DNA of 63,999 nucleotides, counting the filler, from Circinaria calcarea (Eukaryota): NCBI GenBank assembly GCA_051942165.1. It is 13 parts of 13 records of this genome, joined end to end, with 100 filler letters (N's around TTAATTAATTAA, not from the genome) between each part and the next. Parts side by side here need not be neighbours in the genome. Positions count along the whole stretch, not along the records: positions 9,933 to 14,795 come from JAVECS010002149.1; positions 14,896 to 19,754 come from JAVECS010002150.1; positions 19,855 to 24,709 come from JAVECS010002151.1; 10 more parts are not named here. One strand, given 5' to 3'. The notes under the pieces were generated by a model. The model made no database searches. It saw only the letters and a list, made by a program, of their open reading frames with translations, and was not told the origin of the DNA. The position numbers and the translations under genes are program-made. Positions 11,048 to 22,103 of this stretch are shown in pieces (within the stretch, counting starts at the first letter, position 1; the number at the start of each line of letters is the position of its first letter).

Positions 11048-13810
11048 ATGGACGGGCTCTCAGCCGCGGCCAGCACGATGGCCACTGTATCTCTGGCACT
11101 CCAACTTGCAAACAGTACCAAGAAACTTTACGAATTCTGGAACTCAATCAAGGATGCCCCAGAAGACATCCACGGCATAAGTACAGATCTTGAGTTTCTT
11201 TCGAGTATCCTCCAGCAGATTGGTCTTGAGGCGCAGTACCAACCGCCCGACCCAGGGACACAAGCAGCACTCCGATTCTGTTTCGAAAAGATCAACGCAA
11301 TCGGCTCTCTGATTACCGACATTGAGCCTGATTTCGCTTCAATGAGCCTTCGCAAACGCAAATGGAGCGCCATCAAAGCTGTTTTCAGGGCAAAGAATTA
11401 CCAGAAATGTCAGGAGTCACTAGACAGGATGAAGGTTACGTTACTATTAGCACAGCAGAACAGTTCCAGGTAGTAAAGATCTTTCTTGACCTGGAAGCCA
11501 TAGTGCCATATGATCTAGCTGTTGCGAGCGAAATGGCTGATATGTCAGTGTGCTTAATTTAGCCGCTCTTCCCGTCTTCAGCATGAATCTCAGCACCAAA
11601 GCCTAAATGTTCTCCAGCAAGCAATGGCAAACCTTAGGTTTCAGAGCCCTACCGGAACTATTATAACAACATCAAATATACCTTCAGGGTCTCAGGATCA
11701 TGCCGCTGCTTTTGGTGCCGAGGTCACCCGCCTAGCTAACACATTAAACGTTTCTGGGTTGCCTCTCGGTCTCAGAACAGCCATTGAAAAGGCTATTAAC
11801 AATGTCCTCGACGAATTTGATGCCAGCGATCGTGCTCAGCAGTCAAGGGCAGGAGGATTGTATATGCTGCAATCAACCTCTTGGAGTAGAACTACCCGGA
11901 GGGAGCGTACTATCAGAAGGGAGTACAAGAAAGTTGAAAGTTTCTTTGGTACAATCTATATAAAATCGAAAACTAGCGTGCTTCTTTCAACGGATTCCGA
12001 AGTCCCCTTATGTTCCAGTCACGAGGATCAGTACGAGCACGAGACCACTGTCAGGATCCTTCCAGCCCAGTGGTTGATTAGCCTTAGACTTATCCAAGGA
12101 CTTAACGCACGCTTATCTAGGTCTTCTATCTCGGGATGGAAATTAAGCCTAGATGTAATCCGTCCACGGCCTGATAACGCCATAATATTTGACTTCTGCA
12201 GGCATGGTAATCTCGCTGGTGTGAAAAGCCTATTTGAAAGGGGTCTGGCATCGCCGAAAGACGTTGACTCTGATGGATATACGCCACTTCATGTAAGCAT
12301 TATTACCTGTTCCTAGCTTCCTCAACACCTTCGGGTCTCCTACCAGTTTCAAACGCAAGTCTAGCTACGTACTATGAACTCTGATAAAAGACGCCAGTAT
12401 GCCGCACGTTCACATCATTTGGAGCTTTGCAAGCTTCTGATAGAAGCGGGATCTGATAGGGATTGCCGTACCAACGGTATCGAAATGTAGGTAATCTCTC
12501 ATATCTTCCATTTATCTACTAACGGGTCTGCCAGAAATCCTCTATTTCTAATTGCAGTTAATACAGATTTCAGGGTTACCGAATATGATCCATCCCGTAT
12601 TATTGATTTATTACGCCTTTTCATAGACTTGGTCGACGTCTCAGGTTTCGAAGATGATCGTTTCCTCGATGGATCCATCATAATAAAATGTATGATCAAA
12701 TACTACCCTTATGTCCCTGTTAATCCCAACAAAGAAGATGTTGTTCTTTGGATGCTGCAATCGTTTGGCTCTGGTTTACGCCAAATTTACAATGACCGCT
12801 GGATATATAACTGTCTCCGTTTGTGCTCAGGACTTCACAAGTCAAATGAACGCTTTAACTATTTTCTGGAAATCACCAATGGCAAGGTTGATGCCTTAAA
12901 CATGGCTGGCGGATGGAGTGTTCTTCATTGGGTAATGTTAGAGCCAAGCAATGAAGATTATGTCTGCCAATTGCTTGGAGCGGGAGCAAATGCACATCTC
13001 GAAGGATCTAACAGGCTATATTCTTCTGACCTAGAGACGCCGACGTCAATTGCTATGTATTCTGCAAGCACGTTTGTCATGCTGCAAAATGCTTTGAGAC
13101 GTCTAGCAGTACATCTGGAGGTGTTTGTGGACCTTGAAATGAATCAACCACCTCTACAGCGTGCTGGTTGGGAGAAGGAGACTTTACTGGCCTTACTATC
13201 TTCAAATATTGGTGAACCATATCGTCACTGCTCTCATGACAAATATTGCAAATTCTGCGCGGCGCATAGAAGACCTCGTGTCCAAATCAACTGGATGCAC
13301 GAGCTTCGGAGACTAAAGGACAGGGGTACCTGGAATATGCTTGAGGGCACATTGAAATCTCAGCACCAAATGGCCGAAGCTAGGGGAGAATCTGATCTAG
13401 TCGAGGATAAAGCTTTGGAAAATAGTCATCACCAGCAGACTCAAGGAAAGAGACAAAGCGCCTTACACAGGTCAGCTCACATAAGCAAAGTTAAAGGTGT
13501 CAGACAAGCTTCAAGCATTGTTGGAGATAGCTATGTCGAAGATGAGTTTATGTGCGTTTGGTGCTGGCGAGAATGGGAAGAAACTGGCCAGAAACCACTG
13601 CTCCATGAGAGCATATGCGTTGGCTGTGGTAAATTGCTAAGATTCACGCCTGGAAGGTCACGGTTATATGGGAATATCGAGGTGTGCTATGATTGCGAGA
13701 TGGACCAGGATTATGGAGGTTATTCAGATAAACAGAAACAAACAGAAGATTCCAAGAGTGTTAAGGATTCAGATGAGGACGAGTACTCGCCTTACTTATT
13801 TCAAACCTAA
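11048..13810 (+). CDS. HeLo-like (fungal N-terminal domain of STAND proteins) + ankyrin-repeat protein with a Cys-rich C-terminus; 4 exons
   Basis: MDGLSAAASTMATVSLALQL...IKDAPEDI is typical of the Helo_like_N domain; ankyrin motifs DSDGYTPLH|YAARSHHLELCKLLIEAG and GGWSVLHW...LLGAGAN. Introns 11470..11562, 12293..12397 and 12487..12534 join the ORFs in frame. Confidence 0.82.
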
Positions 13811-14359
13811 ATGTCGGTTTCGAGTGGCTAGACCTGCATATCGGGAGTCGTCAATAATGTCAGCAAAACGCCGTTGTTTATTGCCTAGTCGAGCTTCGCT
13901 AGATTTCCAATTGGACAGGCAATACCGAAGTCGAGGGATATCATTTACGGATTTTGGTACTATGCACACAATCCCAAGAAGCGGAACATTTCTTGTGAAT
14001 AAATATATACATCTAAGGTCTACTCATTGTTATGTTCTGACTGTCGACATGCACGTTTATTCTAAGCCAACCTACTTTCAAAATATTCAACTCCTCTTAT
14101 CCTAGCTTGATCTACAGATCTATAGCGGCAGTACCGTTTAGTTCACGGCTTTCTCGACAGTGCTAACCCTTCGCTATTCCTCCGAAGGTCCTTGATGGAT
14201 GTGCAGCCTAACCCGGGGCTGACTATGGCTTCTATTACAGCCTGGCTCTATAGCTCTCTCGGCTTCCTTACGGGTACTGGCGATATTGGCGGGCTGCTCT
14301 CAAAGGAGATACGAAACGGCGTGTGGGAGTTCTCTGCTTCTATTTCAACGCCCACAACT

Positions 14360-14795
14360 GGTATTCCTCGTTCACAGCTCTGCGGGCCCACATTTTGCGG
14401 GGCCATGGACATGTTGTCGCCCAAAGAGATTACTATGCAGGATGAGGAACATCCCACGGAGATCATGTTCGTAAACTTGTCGGTCTTCTAGTTCTTACTC
14501 TCACTTAGGTATAGGGGCGCCGGGGGGAAAACCAAGAAAAAGGGAAAAATAAAAGAAAAAATTGAGATTAAGAAATCCCTAATCCCCAGCTAGCCTAGTC
14601 TAGCCCAAGAAAAATTCAAATTCAAACCTCCTCCTCCTCCTCACTTCCAGTCTCCAGGCCCCCACCCACCGGGTATCAGATATCCGTGCAATCATTCTTC
14701 TATTCATAAATCCCACTCTCCTTTTTTTTTAAAGAAATATTTAACAGAAAACCCCCGCAAAATGTGGGCCCGCAGAGCTGTGAACGAGGAATACC
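14360..14795. mobile_element. Putative MITE bounded by a perfect 43-bp inverted repeat; right end at the contig edge
   Basis: 14360..14402 (GGTATTCCTCGTTCACAGCTCTGCGGGCCCACATTTTGCGGGG) is the exact reverse complement of 14753..14795. Confidence 0.55.
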
Positions 14796-14895
14796 NNNNN
14801 NNNNNNNNNNNNNNNNNNNNNNNNNNNNNNNNNNNNNNNTTAATTAATTAANNNNNNNNNNNNNNNNNNNNNNNNNNNNNNNNNNNNNNNNNNNN

Positions 14896-15035
14896 GCATT
14901 CTGCTCACCCTGCTCATTCTGCTCACCCCCATGAGCACCATGAGCACACTGAGCATTCCCACGGTGGAGGTTCCCCCGACCCGTGGTCCTATCCTAACCG
15001 GGCCTAGCGCATGTCATGGCGGGCACGCCATAACA
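14896..15035. mobile_element. End of an LTR related to the solo LTR at 23313..23678
   Basis: Shares the TGCTCA/TGAGCA short repeats and the ...CGCCATAACA terminus with 23500..23678. Confidence 0.65.
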
Positions 15036-15055
15036 AGTATAAGAAATAATTATCG

Positions 15056-15338
15056 TATATAGGTAGGCTATTCGGCACTTTTTAGAATAGCATGCTTATA
15101 AAACCATAACGAGTTTAATATATTTCTTTTATATTATTAGGAACTGACCTTGGGTTCTAGTATTTATTATAATTTAAGTGTGGGGATGAAATCCCCACAC
15201 GCAGCGGAAGCTAAATACATTGTGGGTCACGTGATCCCGGCTCCGACCCGGCCCGCGAAGCGGGCTACTACTATATTAAAACCGTAATATATATTAAATC
15301 TAGAGCAATAATTTAACTACATTCTATATAACCGTGTT
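15056..15338 (-). mobile_element. RIP-diverged LTR fragment, host of a nested insertion
   Basis: After removing the 15135..15294 insert, it is collinear with the reverse complement of 23373..23495; the differences are mostly transitions. Confidence 0.75.
15135..15289. mobile_element. 155-bp solo LTR with 5-bp TSD TATAT
   Basis: Ends TATTAGG...CCGTAATA (RIP form of TG...CA); TATAT at 15130..15134 and 15290..15294; empty site seen at about 23394..23436. Confidence 0.75.
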
Positions 15339-15558
15339 TATAAGGGCTCTACCCGAGAACCCCTACGAACCCTACGGGTGAATTATACACCAAGGTCACG
15401 AGGTGTTAGCTTAGCGAGAAAAGTTTTCTTCGCGAAGCGTTACACCAGAATTCTTTAGCAATAATTCATACGCTTATGCGAACCCATTGAGCTCATTATC
15501 ACACAATTTACCGACCCTTATCGTAAGATCATCATACTATTCGTAGAGGATCCTTACA
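15339..15558 (+). mobile_element. Solo LTR of about 220 bp (T[G>A]TAAGGGCTCTACC...GATCCTTACA)
   Basis: TGTAAG/CTTACA-type inverted ends; the first ~37 bp match the reverse complement of 59831..59867. TSD is not clean. Confidence 0.7.
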
Positions 15559-16187
15559 CTTGTTATAAACACCGTTATATATATTGGTGGAAGGAATAGG
15601 GGGTGGCGATATTAGTGGATTTTTCGATCAGAACAGCGAAATGAGGGGCTCACCCCCTAGTTAATTACTAGGGGGTAAACCCCTGCAGCCGCGCGATGGA
15701 TTCTAGCCCGAGTTGTCACCCCTCTGTATGTAATCGCCTCAGATATCAAGCGATGGGGAGGCCGGTTAAACCAATCGGAGGGCGACAATATGGGTGCAAG
15801 GAGGTGGTAGGGTGTACTTGAGCCTTTGATGCGTGTGATATGCGTACCAAATTGAATCGGTAGGATAGCATTTGCCGCTACGCCCCTGTGCCGCGCTGTT
15901 AACCATCGATGATTGCGCAACTAATTTAGTACCGTTCTGCCACCGCGGCCTTTATCCGATGCTAAGTGCGGACACTGTTATCCCCGTTGACTTACCTAGT
16001 GCTTACAGTCACTTATTTAATTGCGGAGTACTTTTGGCTTAGGTTGGCTGTACAGCTATCCCCTAGTTAAAGAGCGCCTTTTTTGTATTCCTTTCATTAT
16101 CTGATTTCCAATGCCTCGTTCTTTGGCCCTGGAGCGCTAAAATTCACTATTACTGTGCTTCAGTTCAAATTTAATTCGATTTTGGCA

Positions 16188-18022
16188 ATGACTGTCGTGC
16201 AGAATTTGGCCTATCTATTTACCATGAACCGACTTTCTATTTTTGCTTTGGGCCTAACCGGTGCCCAATGGGCACTGGTCTACCTCGTATTAATCCCTTG
16301 TTACGTACGTCCTACAATCAACATAAGACTAGGAGTTTGCATTGACCTAGAATACTAGTTCGTTCTATCCGCCGTGTACAATCTCTTCTTCAGTCCACTG
16401 GCCAACGTACCGGGCCCTTTTTTTGCCAAGATATCGGGCTTGCCATCCTACTACCATGCTATCAAAGGTGATCGCCACATATGGCTCTGGCAGTGCTTTC
16501 AGATCTACGGTATAAAGCTCCCCACAACGTTTCTAAGGGCTGCTTGCTATGAAAATCGCCTCGCTGACATGTTTTAAGGAAACAGAGTCCGTGTGAATCC
16601 CAGCGCAGTTGTTTTTCAGTCCCCACAGGCCTTCCGTGACATTTACGGCACCAAATCGAATGCACAGAGAAGCAAGAACTATGAATTCTGGCAAAGGAAT
16701 AAGATGGACGTCAATACACTTAACACAAGCGACGTTGCCCTTCACCACAAGAAAAGACGGATTCTGAACCTTGTTTTCAATGAGAAATCAGTACGGGCCG
16801 CTGGATTATTTATTCAAAAGCACGTTGATCGTTGGGATGAGCTGCTCCTTGACGGGGATGGTAATAACTGGTCCCAACCTAAAAACTTGGCGGAATGGAG
16901 TGATTACCTCGTGTTCGATATTCTGTGTGACTTGTGTTTCGGTAGGTCCCTGAATATTAAAGAGCCGGGAGAGAACCCATTTAGAGGTATTCCCAAAGGC
17001 ATTCATTCGTACCTAAAGTTCACATATCCGGTAAGGTCAAATAGAGCCTTGCAATAGAAGGTCGTACTAATCTCGCGAAGTTTACAAGATCGCCTTTCCT
17101 GGGTATTCTCCTTTGGTTGAAGCCTAGGGGTCTAAACAAGCTATTCGAGATCATCACTCCTTCGGATATAAAAGCCTATTTCCAGTTCATCGAAGAGAGT
17201 GTTGCCGCGCGAAGAAAGGCCGAGGAGCTATCAGAGCAGCTCAGCAAAGACGGACCTGAAGTGAGGGAGGATATGTTTCATTTCCTGTTCCAAGCCAAGA
17301 ACCCGGATACTGGCGAACAGGCGTATTCCCAGCAAGAGCTACTTGCCGAGGCAAATCTTCTCGTCATTGCGGGCTCAGATACCACGTCCATCAACCTGTG
17401 CAGTTTCTTCTTCTATATTGTACGAAACCCGAGACCATACGAAAAGCTAGTGAAGGAGATCCGCAGCACTTTCGGCTCAGTTGATGAGATCGTTGGCGGA
17501 CCAAAACTCTCTTCCTGTAGGTATCTCCGTGCTTGCCTCGATGAGACCATGCGCATGACGCCTGCCGGCCCCAGTGAGCTCTCCCGTACTGTGCTTGCCG
17601 GCGGGCAAATGATCAACGGTGAGCTTTACCCTGCCGGCGTTACCGTCGGCACCTCAGGATGGTCGAGCGGGCGCAGCGACGAGTACGGCGACCCGAACGT
17701 ATACCGCCCAGAACGCTGGATCGTGAACGAAGAGGCAGGCGTAACCGCCAACGAGGTAGCACGAATCTCCACATACGTACACCCTTTCTCCGCCGGTTGG
17801 GGCAACTGCGTGGGCCAGAACCTGGCGATACTGGAATTACTAATGACGATTTCGAGGACGCTGTATCGCTTGGATGTGAGGGCTGCGTCTGGATCGACGC
17901 TTGGAGAGGGGAGCCCGGAGCTAGGATGGGGAAGGAGGGATAGGAAACAATTTCAGTTATACGATGCGTACGTCTCGATGCGGGACGGACCCATGGTTCA
18001 ATTTAAGAAGAGGGAGGTCTGA
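16188..18022 (+). CDS. Cytochrome P450 monooxygenase, apparently intact, 4 exons
   Basis: N-terminal TM segment, PLANVPGP hinge, AGSDTT I-helix, ETMR (ExxR), PERW and heme motif PFSAGWGNCVG; introns 16305..16358, 16510..16578 and 17031..17080. Confidence 0.93.
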
Positions 18023-18369
18023 GCTATAGTTGGTACACCGGACGAGGCTGCTGGGTCTACAAAGGCTGCTTTCCCGTAGTCTAGTATTTTTGTGCATCAA
18101 CCGAGTCTTAATAATCTACCTATCATCATGATATTCGCTCATAATACCGAGCCTGGCCGTAGCCGCTCACGGGCACGAGAGGACCGTGTGATGGCTACCT
18201 TGCCTTGCGTGCTTCCAGCAGTTTCCTGCCTATTCGCACATGCTTAAAAGCCTGTTAAGCCATTTGAGGTTATCGGAAAAAGCATACCGGTTGCGTATTA
18301 TGCCGCAATACGGCTCAAAGAGGATAGTCTAAGTAATCTCCCAACTATAGGCTTAGGTTTCGCTATATA

Positions 18370-19231
18370 TCCGTCTTTGCCACTGCTCGCAACACCTCCA
18401 AGATGCCGCATCTGGAGAAGTTTCCCACCGTTACCATTCTCACCCTTAATCCCACGCCTATGCCGAGCGTCTAGGCGGCTGTTGAGCTGGTGAGGGAACA
18501 GACAGGCGGAACGCTCGATTACCTTGTCAACAATGCCGGACAAACCATCATCATGCCCACTTTGGACTTTGATATTGAGACGGCAAAGAGCATGTTCGAT
18601 ATTAACGTCTGGGGGATGATGCGCGTCACGCAAGCCTTTGCACCTCTCGTGATTGCGGCCAAGGGCACCGTTGCAAATATCAGTTCCATAGGTACTGCAG
18701 TACCCTCGCCTTGGCTCGGTAAGACCTCAGAGGACACTCGATAATTGGTAGGTTTATTAAATATAGGGTGATAGGGGTTTATTCGGGCTCGAAAGCAGCC
18801 GTTTCTATGATCACGGAGACCCTCCGGCAAGAACTAGCACCTTTGGGCGTCATGGTTGTCACCTTCGTAACCGGTGGCGTCAAGACCAACAACCTTGCGA
18901 ATGGCGTGAATTTTTAACTCCCGCCGACCTCTCAGTACTTGAGTGTCGAAAAGGAAATTGCTGCGCGAGCCAGAGGTGAGGATGGAACGCCCCGAATGGA
19001 GGCTTCTGTATATGCCGAGAAGGTTGTGGGTGACCTCTTGAAAGGAGCGAACTGGCAGATATAGAGGGGTGGATATGCGTCTATCGTGCGGTACACGGGC
19101 TCCTTGTTTCCTGTGAGTTATACCCTCGGGCGTACTCAAGATATCTTCAAGATGGTTTGCTAACACCTGGAACACAGGAGTCATTCCTCTTAAAGGGAAC
19201 GGGGTTAGATGTCATAAAGAAATCGACGTAA
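18370..19231 (+). pseudogene. Short-chain dehydrogenase (AYR1-like) pseudogene
   Basis: VFATAR, LDYLVNNAG, NISS and YSGSK (YxxxK) motifs; in-frame stops at 18472 (TAG), 18915 (TAA) and 19062 (TAG); no N-terminal TGxxxGxG found. Confidence 0.85.
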
Positions 19232-20806
19232 ACCTCGTTGTTATTGAAAGACCGGGGACAAGTGTTACGTCCCTTGAGGTCCCGTCCAAGCTGACTACGG
19301 TTCACTTACAAGGCAAATGCTTTCTAGTGATGCCACGGCAGCTGCTATATCTCAGTATAGCAAGGAGGAGGTTGGCAATACTGGTTCCGTGGACACTTTA
19401 ATCCTATCCAGCTAGGAAAAATGTTCGAGAACCACTCAATACTTCAGTGCCTCTCTTCCTATGCTTACACATACACCCTGTCCCTGCCCCCTCTCCCATC
19501 ACTTATCCCTCACACCCGTAGACCACCGCGTCCAAGGACGCATACCCATCACCGTTTCGATATTCTAGATGCAAGGTGTAAACCTTTCCAGCAGAGAGAA
19601 AAGTTCCTTCCGGAGAAGTTAAACTGGCCGTAACAGTAAGACTTCGGAGGAAGTGGTGGAGGAGGGGGTATAAAGGGGTCCGGTATGGGAAAAAACGTAG
19701 ACCCATCCCTCACCAACCCCGTCGACACAAACTCCGAAAACAACCCTAGAATCCNNNNNNNNNNNNNNNNNNNNNNNNNNNNNNNNNNNNNNNNNNNNTT
19801 AATTAATTAANNNNNNNNNNNNNNNNNNNNNNNNNNNNNNNNNNNNNNNNNNNNCTCGCACAAAGTCGACCGTCGTGAACGGAAGGTAGTAACCGGGGGT
19901 CTTTCCTTTGCAGCCGCGGAAGCGTCGGCGGTGTTTTGGGTCCCAGACACGGGAGTTGTATGCTGGATGATGGTACTTGTAACCACGAACTTGTACGATA
20001 GACCGAGACGTTTCGTATAGGCAACAACGTCCGTGAGGATTTGACCCTGCCCGGGATTAGAACCCACAGGGAAGAAGTGGAAGGAGGTAAAATAGATGTA
20101 GTACCATCACCTGATTATTCAACTCTCTCGACCGACTATGGTCGTAGCTAGGAAGAGAACGGAAGGTGTCGTTGCAGGCCTGGTCAGAATTAGCTTGAGC
20201 TTTGTTGCCTTTGGAAGTCAGTCTGAGCATAGAACTCACATCTGTTGTAATGTCCTGAAAACGGAGCTCATCAAAAGGTAGCGTTAAAATCCGACTAGGC
20301 GGATGCCATCTGGAGCGAAGGATAGCCGCCATGATTCGACTTCTGATTCTTCTCAAATGCTTTGATAATCCCAGCTATTTTCCAGATACGGTTGACCCTT
20401 CCACACTCAAGCTTCTGGGGAGGTTCGATGTATATCATCGCAAAACTCTTTGTTCTCCGGATTTGGGAATGATGGGGAATTTCTGACATGGCTGCAATCA
20501 ACCAGCCTTTATGGATTCCGGATCTAGACATGCTTCTTTGTTCTCAAATCCAAGACAGCAAGCACTCCACCGGAGCTAGTTACTTTGTGCTGTGTAGCGT
20601 AGCTGAAACGTGGAGGGCAGTGTCACTCACGATTGTAGAATACCGCAATGATCGGATATACGCAAAATAGGTAAGCACGGCTAAACTTATTTCTAAATAA
20701 AGTATAAGGGACTTTATCACTACACTGCAGTCTAAGTTCGGCCAATCAATATTATTGGGGCAATTAGCTGAATTTTATACTGCGGTCTTTTCACCCTTCT
20801 CACCGA

Positions 20807-21645
20807 GATGAGTATATTGTTAAAGCACTACTCTATAATGGAGCTAACGTTGACGCTCTTGACAGATGGAAACGAACACCTTTAATGTTCGCCGCGGAAA
20901 ATGCCGCACCAATATAATCCTGCAACTTACGGAAGCAATAGCTGATGTAAACTACTCCTGTCAGAATCTCTCCGCACTTAGTAGAGCAATTATGGCCCCC
21001 TCTGCTGGTAATATTGATACTGTCAAGGTATTGTTAGATCACAGGGCTCGTGCTAATGACGCTGATGATATGGCCTTTACACCCTTGTTCCTGGCCGTCA
21101 AAAATGAGGCCTTGGTGGACCTACTACTTAGATACCAGGCTGAACCTACGAAACGTAGAAGCGTCGGTCCCGCTCCTATCCACGTCGCAGCGAAGCGTGG
21201 CTTCGCCAATTCAATTAAGCGGCTGCTCGAAGCTGGCTACCCAGTGGATCTTCCAGAGCGTAAGTTCAGCCCTCTGGCACTTGCCGTTGAGGAGCAGAAC
21301 GAGGACGCTGTTTGTGTTTTAATTCAGCATGGTGCCAACGTCGATTGGAAGCTCGACGGAAATCGGACACTCTTGATTTTGGCTACCAAGACCGGCCACT
21401 ACTCAATAGTCGAGCAACTATTCGACGCGGGAGCACGGGTAGTTGTAAGATGTGAACCCGAGGGATGGACTGCCTTGTACGTAGCAGTTGAACATGGGCA
21501 TTCTCGAGTCTTGAAGCTCTTCCTCTCGGCTTAGCGTACTGACTCCGCTCTGCAGATCCGGGACAATCGAATACCACTTGAGTTGGCGATTGCTAAGGTC
21601 AATGATGAAATAGTTGACCTGTTACTAACGAAATCCACTGCTTGA
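20807..21645 (+). pseudogene. Ankyrin-repeat pseudogene
   Basis: Several ankyrin repeats (GANVDALDRWKRTPLMFAA, APIHVAAKRG, GWTALYVAVEHGH); frameshift near 20903; TAG at 21532 followed by more in-frame ankyrin sequence to TGA 21643..21645. Confidence 0.8.
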
Positions 21646-22103
21646 AGGTAGAGTCTATACTTGAGCATAAATTTGTTAATTCCATCTTGTCGGGTTAACC
21701 TCGACTTTTCAAGCACACTGATAGCTGCGTTCACTCTAAAGACTTTACGCAAGGTGCCCCAACTTGTTGAGTCTTCATACTATAAGCCTTCTTCCCGTAG
21801 CTACTATATGCATCTAAGGCATATACCACGGCTACGGTGCGGTATATGCACAGTGCATAGTATGGATGTTGAAAAGGGGCGTATTAAGCTATGGTTAAGC
21901 CGACCCTAAGCCGTAAATTGGGAACTTCACAGACGTGTGACTCCGGTCTCAACTTTACAGATCATCAGCATTAGCCAAGAGTGAGTTTTCAATATGCGTG
22001 ATATATATTTGTGTCCCCAAAAATCCTTTATATTTGCGCCTTAGAATTCCCAAATCCTTGCCTCTAAGCTAAACCCAATCTGTCTCCTTCACACAAGGTC
22101 ATA

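Noticed and set aside
16188..19231. P450 + SDR as an active biosynthetic gene cluster
   Set aside because: The SDR is a pseudogene and no backbone enzyme is present in the contig; genes across linkers are unlinked.
19855..20531. Minus-strand ORF fragments at the start of contig 5
   Set aside because: Broken frames with no recognisable family; too weak to call.
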